A stretch of 63,531 nt of DNA, taken from positions 1 through 63,531 of the forward strand of contig CAZUFP010000023.1 of assembly GCA_964619835.1 (NCBI GenBank), read 5' to 3'. Position 1 is the stretch's first letter. Every line of letters begins with the position of its first letter. Shown here piece by piece: positions 9,707 through 18,552 of the stretch. Source of the DNA: an uncultured Gemmatimonadaceae bacterium (GTDB lineage Bacteria; Gemmatimonadota; Gemmatimonadetes; Longimicrobiales; RSA9). The notes beneath the pieces were generated by a model. The model made no database searches, had not been told where the DNA came from, and was given only the letters and a program-made list of their open reading frames with translations. The position numbers and the translations under genes are program-made.

Positions 9707-9985
9707 TTGGCCGCCCTCGTCATAGAATCCGGACCCGCCGGCCACGACCCTCTCGCCGACATCGATCGCCGCGTCGGGGATGCCATTGAGGCGTTGCCCG
9801 GCGTCGTCGCAGCCGTCGCCTGGCTGCGCAGGCCACCTCTCCAGCGCACGGTCTACGTCGCCCTCGAGTCAGGGGCCGGCGTGTACGCCGTGCGAAAGGC
9901 GACCCGGCGGATCCTGCGGCGAAGCGGCGTCTGCGTACGCTCGTCCTGCGTCCACATCGCACCCATCGACGCATCCGCGGCGTAG
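9707..9985 (+). CDS. Small hypothetical protein, apparently paralogous to the Asp23-like domain of the upstream gene
   Basis: TTG start with no clear SD. Shares the LPGVVAAVAWL...TVYVALESGAGVYAVRKATRRIL...VHIAPID pattern with the 8951..9664 product. Confidence 0.3.
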   Translation: MAALVIESGPAGHDPLADIDRRVGDAIEALPGVVAAVAWLRRPPLQRTVYVALESGAGVYAVRKATRRILRRSGVCVRSSCVHIAPIDASAA

Positions 9986-10007
9986 CGTCCGGCCGGACGC
10001 CTCCGGG

Positions 10008-11051
10008 TTACCCGGCAGCGTCCTCGGCCTCTTCCCGTTCCTTGAAGACCTTCAGGTTGGTGGAGTGGCCCGGGTTGACCCGGGCGGAAGGGTCCATGCC
10101 GTGGATGGCATGGTTGACGGCGATGGCCGCCTCCGCGAACCCCGTGGCGATGAGCTCGAGCTTGCCTTCGTAGCTGGCGATGTCCCCGGCGGCGAACACG
10201 CCCGGCAGGTTCGTCTGCATCGTGGACGACACACGGATGGTGTTCCGCTCCAGATCGAGGCCCCAGCCGGCGATGGGGCCCAGGTCGGGCCGGAACCCGA
10301 TGAGTGTCAGCACCGCGTCCACCTCGATCCGCTGCGCTTCGCCGGTGCGGTTGTCGTAGATGGTGATGCCCGTCACGCGATCGTCGCCGTGGATCTCCTG
10401 CACTTCCCGGTGCGTGAGCAGTTCCACCCGGCCGGCGGAGACCGCTTCGTCCATGAGCCGCATCGAGTGTTTGTGCGCGCGGAACCCCTCGCGCCGGTGG
10501 ATCAGCACCAGACGGCGCGTGCGGTCTTTCAGGTTGAGAGCCCAGTCCACCGCAGAGTCGCCGCCGCCCACGATGAGCACCCGCTGGCCGTCGTACGCGG
10601 CGGGGTCCTTGACGTGGTACGACACACCCCGCCCCAGCAGCGTCTCATAGCCGGGGCAGTCCAGCGTACGGGGGGAGAACGCCCCCTTGCCCGCCGCGAT
10701 CAGCACGGCCCGCGTCGGGTAGCGCGCACGGTTGGTGACCACCACGAAGTCGTTGTCTCCCCGGCGGTCCACCTCCAGCACCTGTTCCTCGAGGCGCACG
10801 TCCGGGCCGAACTGGAGGCCCTGACGGATCACGTCCTGCGCCAGGTCTCGCCCCAGGATGCGCGGGATGCCGCCCACGTCGTAGATGTACTTCTCGGGGT
10901 AGAGCGCCATGAGCTGGCCACCGAGCTCCGGCAATGAGTCGATGATACGGGCGCTCACACCCCGCATGCCCGCGTAGAACGCCGCGAACAGCCCGGTGGG
11001 GCCGCCCCCGATGATCGTCAGGTCCCGCTCGTCTTGCAGCTTTTCGTTCAT
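10008..11051 (-). CDS. Ferredoxin-NADP(+) reductase type 2 / thioredoxin-reductase-like flavoprotein (YumC-like)
   Basis: Start MNEKLQDERDLTIIGGGPTGL (FAD GxGxxG) with a second nucleotide-binding motif IVGGGDSAVDW, and no CxxC active site. ATG is rc of 11049-11051, SD GGAGGA. Confidence 0.75.
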   Translation of the reverse strand: MNEKLQDERDLTIIGGGPTGLFAAFYAGMRGVSARIIDSLPELGGQLMALYPEKYIYDVGGIPRILGRDLAQDVIRQGLQFGPDVRLEEQVLEVDRRGDNDFVVVTNRARYPTRAVLIAAGKGAFSPRTLDCPGYETLLGRGVSYHVKDPAAYDGQRVLIVGGGDSAVDWALNLKDRTRRLVLIHRREGFRAHKHSMRLMDEAVSAGRVELLTHREVQEIHGDDRVTGITIYDNRTGEAQRIEVDAVLTLIGFRPDLGPIAGWGLDLERNTIRVSSTMQTNLPGVFAAGDIASYEGKLELIATGFAEAAIAVNHAIHGMDPSARVNPGHSTNLKVFKEREEAEDAAG

Positions 11052-11088
11052 CCAGTCCTCCGCTTCGCCCCGCGACCGGCCGGCCATC

Positions 11089-11626
11089 CTAGGACGCCCG
11101 TCCCGGCCGGCGCAAGGATCGAAGCGCCACCCGGGTGTAGTCCACAATGGCCCACGCCCCGACGGGCGCCACGGCCAGCACCACCACGTTCAGCGCGCCC
11201 GGCGCCAGCAGGAGCAGCACCATGGCCAGAATCTGCAGCACGGTGACCAGCTTGCCGGGCAGCCGTGCCGGCATGCGCGGTGCGTCTTCCCGGCTCACCA
11301 GCACCAGCCAGCCCAGGGTGCAGTACACGTCGCGCGCCAGCAACACGCCCGCCTGAAGGTAGCTCAGAGAGCCTTCCGCCAGGAACGTCACCAGGGCCGT
11401 GCCCACGAACACCTTGTCGACGATGGGATCCAGCACCTCGCCGACTCGGCTGGTCTGGTGGTAACGCCGCGCGATCCGCCCATCCAGCACATCCGCCGCC
11501 GCCGCCAGCGCCAGCAGCGTGCCACGGACCGGCGTGGATTGCGTCAACGGGAACAATACGGCGAGAGGCAGTCGGACCAGCGAAAGTGCGTTCGGCCAGG
11601 TCCAGACCCTCGTCAAACGCCCTCCT
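11089..11626 (-). CDS. CDP-alcohol phosphatidyltransferase (PgsA-like)
   Basis: The motif DGRIARRYHQTSRVGEVLDPIVDK matches the D-G-x2-A-R...G...D-x3-D signature. Probable TTG start, rc of 11624-11626, overlapping the upstream gene by 14 bp. The long N-extension in the ORF track is out-of-frame overlap. Confidence 0.6.
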
Positions 11627-12866
11627 CCGCGCCACCCATGTACAGTTTGGAGGAACGGTAGCGCTCGATGCCGCGTTGGAGCAGGAGCTTGAGAAAGATC
11701 GCCGCCGGCATGGCAATGAGAAGACCGACAAACCCGAAGAACGCGCCGCCCAGGGCCAGAGCCAGGATGACCCACACCGGGTGCAGCCCGATGGCGCCGC
11801 CCACGATCTTCGGGCCCGTCACGCTCCCGTCCAGGGCCTGCACTGCCACGAAGACCACGACCACCTTCAGCAGCGACGTGAGCACGTTGCCGCTGAACAG
11901 CGCGATGATGATCGCCGGCACCAGGCTCACGGCCAGGCCCAGGTAGGGGATCATGTTGAACACACCGGCCACCACGCCCACCAGGCCGGCGTAAGGGAAG
12001 CCCAGGATCCACAGTCCCAGCCAGGTGAGGATGCCCACCAGGGACGCCTCCATCACCTGGCCGCGCAGGTAGCGAGCGAGAAGCGTCTCGTACTCGGCGA
12101 AGAAGCCCCCCACCGACTCGCGGCTGGAGCGAGGCACCAGCGACGCGACACGCGCGATGAGCAGGTCGTAGTCGCGCAGCAGGTAGAACGTCAGCACAGG
12201 CGTCAGCACGATGTAGCCCAGCACCGTGACCACGGACGCGAATCCGCGGCCGACGCCCGACACCGCCTGCCACGCATGCTGCACGATCGCGTGCTGCTGC
12301 TCCTGAAGGAACTGGACCACCCGTTCGGGCGAAAGGGAGCGCAGCTGGTCCGCCACGACCTGGTCCGACACGAACGGCAGGTGCAGCTGGCCCGTGCGCA
12401 GCCGCTCCACCCAGTCCGCGACCCGGCCCAGGGCCACCGGCGCCTGGCGGATCAGCACCCCGGCCTGCTCCGCCAGGGCGGGCACGCCCCAGAAGATCAG
12501 CACGGCCAGCAGTCCGAGCGCCGGCAGGGCCAGGCTGGCCACCGCCACGGGCCGGGGCAGCCGCCAGCGTTCCAGACGGTCCACCAATGGATCCAGGATG
12601 AACGCCAACACGAAGGCGAGGACGAACGGGGCCAGCAGAGTGCCCAGCGTGCGGAGCAGCCAGAACGCGACGAAGCCGCCGCCCGTGCCGATGATGAGGG
12701 CGTGGGCCCGCGTTCCGGCATACGGCGACAACAACAGCACGAGCGCCGCGTAGAGGAGCAGCGGCGACAGCACCGGAAGCAGGGTGTAGAAGAACAGCGC
12801 GGCCACCACCAGCGCGATCGCCACGTGGACGTGGCGCCAGTCCAGGGTCCGATCGTTCGTGGCCAT
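11613..12866 (-). CDS. AI-2E family transporter (PerM/YhhT, UPF0118)
   Basis: Polytopic membrane protein with the characteristic layout. Start at MATNDRTLDW (rc of 12864-12866), SD GAGGAA. Confidence 0.7.
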   Translation of the reverse strand: MATNDRTLDWRHVHVAIALVVAALFFYTLLPVLSPLLLYAALVLLLSPYAGTRAHALIIGTGGGFVAFWLLRTLGTLLAPFVLAFVLAFILDPLVDRLERWRLPRPVAVASLALPALGLLAVLIFWGVPALAEQAGVLIRQAPVALGRVADWVERLRTGQLHLPFVSDQVVADQLRSLSPERVVQFLQEQQHAIVQHAWQAVSGVGRGFASVVTVLGYIVLTPVLTFYLLRDYDLLIARVASLVPRSSRESVGGFFAEYETLLARYLRGQVMEASLVGILTWLGLWILGFPYAGLVGVVAGVFNMIPYLGLAVSLVPAIIIALFSGNVLTSLLKVVVVFVAVQALDGSVTGPKIVGGAIGLHPVWVILALALGGAFFGFVGLLIAMPAAIFLKLLLQRGIERYRSSKLYMGGAEEGV

Positions 12867-12877
12867 CGTCTGTTTCC

Positions 12878-13399
12878 TCAGGGGATCTCGGGAAGGCCCA
12901 GGCGCCGGCCCGCAGACCGCAGCACCTGGCGGGCGTTGTCGTACGTCAGCGTCTTCAGGGCTTCGTCCAGGGACAGCCACACACAGCGCGTGATGCCCTC
13001 CTCCACCTGGGGGCGAGTCGCCGTCTCCTCCGTCGCCATCAGGAAGAAATGGCAGTACTTGTGCACCAGGTCCCGACCCTTCCGGAAGAACCAGTCGATC
13101 ATCGCCAGCTCTTCCTCCAGGTCCAGCGCGCCCAGGCCCGTTTCCTCGCGGACCTCCCGCAACGCCGCCTCGCTGGCCGTCTCCCCGCGCTCCAGGTGGC
13201 CCTTCGGCAAGCCCCAGTTTTCGTACGGATCGCGGATCAGCAGGAAGCGGAAGCCGTCCGGCGTCTGGCGGTACACCACGCCACCGGCGCTCGTCTCCAG
13301 GTGGACCGGCGGACGGGCGCGACGACGCTGGCCCGGCCGATCTTCCTGGCCCTGCCTACCCACCCTCACACGTCCGGGCGCACCCGCGCTCGGTCCCAT
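12878..13399 (-). CDS. NUDIX hydrolase
   Basis: Nudix box GLPKGHLERGETASEAALREVREETGL (GX5EX7REUXEEXGU). Confidence 0.8.
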   Translation of the reverse strand: MGPSAGAPGRVRVGRQGQEDRPGQRRRARPPVHLETSAGGVVYRQTPDGFRFLLIRDPYENWGLPKGHLERGETASEAALREVREETGLGALDLEEELAMIDWFFRKGRDLVHKYCHFFLMATEETATRPQVEEGITRCVWLSLDEALKTLTYDNARQVLRSAGRRLGLPEIP

Positions 13400-13417
13400 G
13401 GCTTCGCAAGTCCAGAC

Positions 13418-14407
13418 TCAAAATATGTTCAGGTTGATGTACTTCCTCGGGTTGCGCTGGAAGTCCAGCAGCAGGTCCTGAACGAGCTTGTTCGTGAGCA
13501 CCAGGTTGCCATACAACGTTGTGTCCTGCAGGAGCATGCCCAGGGTCCCTTCACCGCGCCGGACCCGAGCGGCCACCACGTTCAGGGACTGGAACGCGCT
13601 GTCCGCCGACGTCACCGCCGAGCCCAGGTCGCCACTCACCGAAACCAGGTTGCCCGACAGCTGCTCCAGCTCCGCCGTCACCTGGTTGACGTTGTCCACG
13701 ATGGACGCGAGCTCGCCCTCCGATATGGCCGACTCGATCTGTGCGAACGTGCGCTGGATGGTCTCCGCCGCGCTGCCCAGCGTCTGCGAGGTCGCCTCCA
13801 GCTGGTCCGCTACGCCCTTCACCGTCTGCTCCTGCGCCTGGAGCAGGCCCGTCAGCTGGCCCGTCACCGCCTGGATGTTCTCCACCGCTTTGCGGATGTT
13901 CAGCGCCGTCTGCTCCGTGAACGCAATGTCCACCCGGTCGGTGATCACCGCGATGTTTTCCGCGATGCGCTCGGCCACCGCCGTCATGCGCGACATGTCG
14001 GGCAGCGCGTAACCGGGCAGGACCGCCGGATCCGACGACTCGGCGTAGTTGTAGAGCGGATACCGCGTGCGCGGGAAGATCTCCGCCTGCCAGTCGCCGA
14101 AGAACGATTCCGGCGACAGGATCACCACCGGGTCGTCCGGCAGCTGCACGCTCTGGTCGATCTTCATCTTCACGATGACGCCCACGCCGCGCTGCTCCAG
14201 GGCGATGGCTTCCACCCGGCCCACCGGTACGCCGCGCAGCTTCACCGCGTTGCCCGTCTGCAGCTGGCCGACCTCCCGGAACCGCGCCTGGACCTCCAGC
14301 CTGCCACGTCCCAGGCCGTGTCCGCGCATCCAGATCGTGCCTCCCACGATCAGCACGATGCCCAGGATGATCACGACCCCGACGGCCACATCCGAACGTC
14401 GTTTCAC
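13418..14407 (-). CDS. mlaD: MlaD/MCE-domain protein (ABC lipid-transport substrate-binding component)
   Basis: N-terminal TM anchor and MCE domain, with a C-terminal coiled-coil region. Sits in an operon with mlaE and mlaF. Confidence 0.75.
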   Translation of the reverse strand: MKRRSDVAVGVVIILGIVLIVGGTIWMRGHGLGRGRLEVQARFREVGQLQTGNAVKLRGVPVGRVEAIALEQRGVGVIVKMKIDQSVQLPDDPVVILSPESFFGDWQAEIFPRTRYPLYNYAESSDPAVLPGYALPDMSRMTAVAERIAENIAVITDRVDIAFTEQTALNIRKAVENIQAVTGQLTGLLQAQEQTVKGVADQLEATSQTLGSAAETIQRTFAQIESAISEGELASIVDNVNQVTAELEQLSGNLVSVSGDLGSAVTSADSAFQSLNVVAARVRRGEGTLGMLLQDTTLYGNLVLTNKLVQDLLLDFQRNPRKYINLNIF

Positions 14408-15156
14408 GCCGAACCCTCCTGAACGAGTTCCGGCCGCCCTTCGATGAACCCCCGAACCACCGGGTCCTCCGCGCTCTGGATCTCGGCCGGCGTGCCCACG
14501 AATCGGATCCGGCCCTCGTGCAACATCGCGATCCGGTCGCTCACCCGGTACGCACTCTTCATGTCGTGCGTCACCAACACGCTGGTCACGTTGAGCTCCT
14601 GGTCCAGCTTTGTTATCAGCCGATCGATCACGGCCGTCGTCACCGGGTCCAGCCCGGTGGTCGGCTCGTCGTACAGCAGGTACTTCGGGTGCGTGATGAT
14701 GGCACGCGCCAGCCCCGCACGCTTCCGCTGGCCACCCGACAGCTGCGCCGGATACTGGTCGTCGTAGCCCTCCAGATCCACGAGCCGCAAAGCTTCCGCG
14801 ACTCGTTCCGCCATCTCCGCTTCCGTCATGCCCCGGATCCGCCGCAAGCCCATGGTCAGGTTGTCCGCGATCGTCATGGAGTCGAACAGCGCCGCGAACT
14901 GGAACACGTACCCGACCCGGCGCCGCATTTCGTACAGCTGCTCCCGCTTCAGCTCCGTAACGACCTCCCCATCCACCGTCACTCGGCCCCGCTCGGGCGG
15001 AAGCAAGCCCACGATCGTCTTGAGCAGCACCGACTTGCCGACCCCGGACGCACCGATCACGGCCAGCGTCTCCCCCTCCCGCACGTCCAGCGAAACGCCG
15101 TCCAGGATGACCTTGCTGCCGAAAGCCTTGTGTACGTCCTCCATCTCGATGCTCAT
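14404..15156 (-). CDS. mlaF: ABC transporter ATP-binding protein (MlaF-like)
   Basis: Walker A GASGVGKS, signature LSGGQRKRAGLARA, Walker B LLYDEPTTGLD. The start and stop overlap the neighbouring genes by 4 bp. Confidence 0.85.
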   Translation of the reverse strand: MSIEMEDVHKAFGSKVILDGVSLDVREGETLAVIGASGVGKSVLLKTIVGLLPPERGRVTVDGEVVTELKREQLYEMRRRVGYVFQFAALFDSMTIADNLTMGLRRIRGMTEAEMAERVAEALRLVDLEGYDDQYPAQLSGGQRKRAGLARAIITHPKYLLYDEPTTGLDPVTTAVIDRLITKLDQELNVTSVLVTHDMKSAYRVSDRIAMLHEGRIRFVGTPAEIQSAEDPVVRGFIEGRPELVQEGSA

Positions 15157-15947
15157 AGCAGCGTCACCGCCCAGAAGGCGTCCAACACGAGGATCATCAT
15201 GCTGCTCGCCACCACGGCCCGCGTCGTCGCCCGCCCCACTGCCTCCGCCCCACCCACCGTCGTGTACCCGAAGTAGGAACCGACCAGTGCGACGGTCAGC
15301 CCGAACGAGGCCGCCTTGATCAGCGAATACGACACATCGAAGGGGTGGAAGAACAGCTTCAAGCCGCGGATGAACTCCGGCGTCGACAGGTCCAGCAGGT
15401 TGATGGACGTAATCCAGCCGGCCACGATGCCGACGCCATCCGCGAAGGCCACAACGATGGGGAACATCAGAAAGGCGGCCAGGATGCGCGGCACGGCCAG
15501 GTACGCCAGCGGATCGTACGCCAGCGTCTCCAGCGCATCGATCTGCTCCGTGACCCGCATGCTACCCATCTCGGCCGCGATGTTCGCTCCCACTCGGCCC
15601 GACAGAGCCAGCCCCGTGAGCACCGGGCCCAGCTCCAGGATCATCGTCTTGCCCACGAGCACGCCCACGAAATACAGCGGCACCGCCCCGGTGAACGTGT
15701 AGGACGCCTGGAGTGCCAGTACGATGCCCGTAAATGCCGCGATGAACAACGCGATGGGCAGGGAGTCCACCCCGAGCCGGGCCATCTGCACCAGCAACTC
15801 GGGAGCCCACGTGCGTGTGTCCGCGACCGAACGTCCGACTTGGGTCGAGAAGCGACCGAACCGACCGAACCACGCCGCCCCGTCGACAGCCATCCGGCCG
15901 ACCCAGGCGGCCAGAGAACTCCAGCGCGCGTTCATAGCGCGTAACAT
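15153..15947 (-). CDS. mlaE: MlaE-family ABC transporter permease
   Basis: Membrane protein of 264 aa with the conserved MlaE/YrbE layout, placed upstream of mlaF and mlaD. Confidence 0.8.
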   Translation of the reverse strand: MLRAMNARWSSLAAWVGRMAVDGAAWFGRFGRFSTQVGRSVADTRTWAPELLVQMARLGVDSLPIALFIAAFTGIVLALQASYTFTGAVPLYFVGVLVGKTMILELGPVLTGLALSGRVGANIAAEMGSMRVTEQIDALETLAYDPLAYLAVPRILAAFLMFPIVVAFADGVGIVAGWITSINLLDLSTPEFIRGLKLFFHPFDVSYSLIKAASFGLTVALVGSYFGYTTVGGAEAVGRATTRAVVASSMMILVLDAFWAVTLL

Positions 15948-16020
15948 AGGCGAGCCTCATTCGGGCTGTCCACCCTCCGCCCGCGTAGCGCCCGGCCGGA
16001 AACGGGCGCCGGCCACGGCC

Positions 16021-16839
16021 TCAACCCGGCGGCGTGAACCGCAGATGGGTCACGGCGTTGGCTTCACCGAGCTCCTCCGCCAGTGCGTAAAAGCGAAGCA
16101 GGCCTTCCCGTTCCGCCGCGCCCAGTTCGTACCGCAGCGACGACCAGTACTCCAGTAATAGCCCGGGTGGAAGGCCGAATCGTGGCGCATGTTCGCGGGC
16201 AAGGCGCCGCGCCTGCCGCTGGAAGTACGAACGCGACTGCCGCAACGTTTCGTGCAGCCGTACCAGTTCCTGGTCCCGGTTCGGGCCCAGGCAGGTCTGC
16301 CAGACGGCATACACGAAGGGCAACCCGGTCCAGCGCGTCCACGCGTCCCCCAGGTCGACCTGCCGGCGGCCCGGCGGCGGCGTACGCGCCAGCGCGACAT
16401 CGCCGATGCGCAACGCGGCCGCGGCACCCCCGTCAATGGGGTCGGCCTCCTTCGCCTGATCAAACCAGACGTACGTGGGGTGCGCCCCGCTCCGGTGCTC
16501 CAGCAGGGCACGCAACAGCACCACCGACGTCGCCGATGCCGTCGGCAGGGCCACCACCGCCCCGTCCAGCGCTTCCTCGGGCACCGTGGTCTCCAACAGG
16601 ATGCTCCGTACGGGGCCCCTGGACGCGATGGCCGGGCCCGGCACGATGCGGTACTGCGCGTGCCGCGCAAATTCGATGCTGGAACAAGGGGCGACGTCGA
16701 TCTCGCCCCGGGCGAGGGCCTCGTTCAACACCGATGGAACGCCCGTCTGGAGCCGCAGCCCCTCGGGCGGCGCCCCGTCCACCAGCTCTGCGTGCACGGG
16801 GAAACAGTTGCTGTACTGGATGTGCCCCAAGCGCAACAT
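16021..16839 (-). CDS. mqnA: MqnA/MqnD-family protein (futalosine-pathway menaquinone biosynthesis, chorismate dehydratase-like)
   Basis: N-terminus MLRLGHIQYSNCFPVHA is typical of MqnA, and the fold resembles a periplasmic binding protein. No other mqn genes are in the window. Confidence 0.65.
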   Translation of the reverse strand: MLRLGHIQYSNCFPVHAELVDGAPPEGLRLQTGVPSVLNEALARGEIDVAPCSSIEFARHAQYRIVPGPAIASRGPVRSILLETTVPEEALDGAVVALPTASATSVVLLRALLEHRSGAHPTYVWFDQAKEADPIDGGAAAALRIGDVALARTPPPGRRQVDLGDAWTRWTGLPFVYAVWQTCLGPNRDQELVRLHETLRQSRSYFQRQARRLAREHAPRFGLPPGLLLEYWSSLRYELGAAEREGLLRFYALAEELGEANAVTHLRFTPPG

Positions 16840-16911
16840 GACACACGCCTCTTGATCGGATCAGGATCCGCCGCGGGGACGGCGGAGCCGGGAAGCACAC
16901 GGCCGGGCGCT

Positions 16912-17658
16912 TCAGCCCAGGGCGTCCGCCTGCCGCAGGAGCTGCGAGACGCCACCTTCGCGCAGCGCCGAGCGCGCCCGCCGCACGAACATCAGCTGCA
17001 CCACGGCCGTGACCAGATACAGCGTCTGGATTACGACCCAGACCGCAGGGGACTCCGAGCCGGCCTGCAGGAACAGCGTCGGCACGGGCGCGGCAAGCTC
17101 CAGCGCCGTCGCGGCCAGCACCGTGCCCCCCAGATAGCGGTCCAGCAACGGCAGCTGGCTCAGCAGGTAGAGCGCCGACAGAAGCAGGTACATCAGGATC
17201 GCGAGAATCGACAGCACCCGGGCCGTGCCCAGCAGCCGCGGCCAGTCCGTCACACCGTTCGCGGCAAAGCCGAACAACCCGACGCCCGCCGCGCATAGCG
17301 CCACCCCCACCCCCAGCCAGCGAGCACGCCGCCACTGCACGAACACGAACAGCAACAACGACGGCAGCACCACGTGCAGCACCCTGCCGCCCAGATAGCC
17401 GGCATCGTAGATCGCCGACCGGGCCGACCGCAACGCGTCGGCCCATTGGGGCACCACGAGCGCCCCGAGCGACGCGCTGTCCAGAACCGCCAGATTCAAC
17501 GCCGACGCCACGAACACCACGGCCACGATGAGCCAGCCTGCCAGGATCGGCAGCGGCGCGCCGCGCCGCAACCAACGCGCCACCGCGGCGGCCTGCACCG
17601 CCAGCGCCAGCGCCACCAACAGAGTCAGACCTCGCAGAATCGTCAGCACGGACAGCAC
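16912..17658 (-). CDS. Hypothetical polytopic membrane protein
   Basis: ORF of 248 aa, very hydrophobic with ~7 predicted TM segments, and no known motif. Confidence 0.55.
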   Translation of the reverse strand: MLSVLTILRGLTLLVALALAVQAAAVARWLRRGAPLPILAGWLIVAVVFVASALNLAVLDSASLGALVVPQWADALRSARSAIYDAGYLGGRVLHVVLPSLLLFVFVQWRRARWLGVGVALCAAGVGLFGFAANGVTDWPRLLGTARVLSILAILMYLLLSALYLLSQLPLLDRYLGGTVLAATALELAAPVPTLFLQAGSESPAVWVVIQTLYLVTAVVQLMFVRRARSALREGGVSQLLRQADALG

Positions 17659-17691
17659 ACGCGTACCGTGGGGGATGCGCCGTGAGGAAGG

Positions 17692-18057
17692 TCAGCGCTT
17701 CGGGGGAAGCCGGCCATCGATGGTGAACACGATGTCCTGGCTCGTGGAGGAGGCGTCACCCCCCCCTGCCGAAGCCGGGCCCGTCTCCACGATCACACGC
17801 TTCACCACCCGGCCAGGATCGTTCACCACCACCTCGAACTCCAGACCCTGTTCCGATGAGCTCACCACCGTCCGTACGCGCCGGCCCGGGCGTTGCTCCC
17901 GGGGCTCCGGGTTCCGGAACAACGTCTTCGTCGACTGCCGCCCGCTTTCCAGATGGCGGGTCACCTTTACCAGCTCCAGCCAGTCCGGCTGGTAGCTGAT
18001 GGAGTAATCGAACCCGCGTTGATCGGCTCCGCGGCCCTCGCGATTGTGGCGTGCCAT
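17692..18057 (-). CDS. Hypothetical protein
   Basis: Start at MARHNREG (ATG rc of 18055-18057), 4 nt after SD GGGAGG. No recognisable domain. Confidence 0.5.
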   Translation of the reverse strand: MARHNREGRGADQRGFDYSISYQPDWLELVKVTRHLESGRQSTKTLFRNPEPREQRPGRRVRTVVSSSEQGLEFEVVVNDPGRVVKRVIVETGPASAGGGDASSTSQDIVFTIDGRLPPKR

Positions 18058-18084
18058 TTCCCGCCTCCCGAACCTGGCGAACAC

Positions 18085-18552
18085 CGACCGGCGACAGATT
18101 TGGTAACTTTTGCCGCACCCCTCATCCTGTCAAGTTGCGGCCGATCCGGGCGCGCCGCGCCGGCCGCATCACGGAAAACCGCATAAATTCTCATTGTTCG
18201 AGCCGTGGCCCGGCAGGGTCCGGGCAGGCCCGGGCCGGTGCGAGTGACCCAGCCTCGCACAGGATTCGGCGCGAACCTTGCAAGGCGCATCGGCGATCGC
18301 GCACGCCGATCGAAGCACGCAATATCGCGGTCCCCGGGACCGGTTCAGGCTTGACCACGGACCGCACACATGCTAACCTAGGGTGATTAAACCCACACAC
18401 AGAAACCAACCCGCCGAGTTGCGAGGCGCCGCCTCGCACCCATGACCGCTGAACATCCTGAGTCCGAACCGGAATCTTGGCAAATTGGGCAGTGTGAGGT
18501 GGCCGGGAGGCCACGAGTGCGCGGTGGCGGTGGACACCATTTGGAGTGATAC
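18085..18552 (+). promoter_or_regulatory. Long (~470 nt) structured 5' leader upstream of rho, containing stable hairpins (18420-18438 TGCGAGGcgccgCCTCGCA; 18499-18514 GTGGCCgggaGGCCAC)
   Basis: Read from the sequence. Rho is known to be autoregulated by attenuation in its leader in other bacteria. Confidence 0.4.

Noticed and set aside
16083-17298. Plus-strand ORFs 16083..16841 and 16189..17298 and minus-strand 16460..17575
   Set aside because: They overlap the motif-supported mqnA-like and membrane-protein genes in other frames. Their products are Arg/Pro/Ala-rich low-complexity with no domains.
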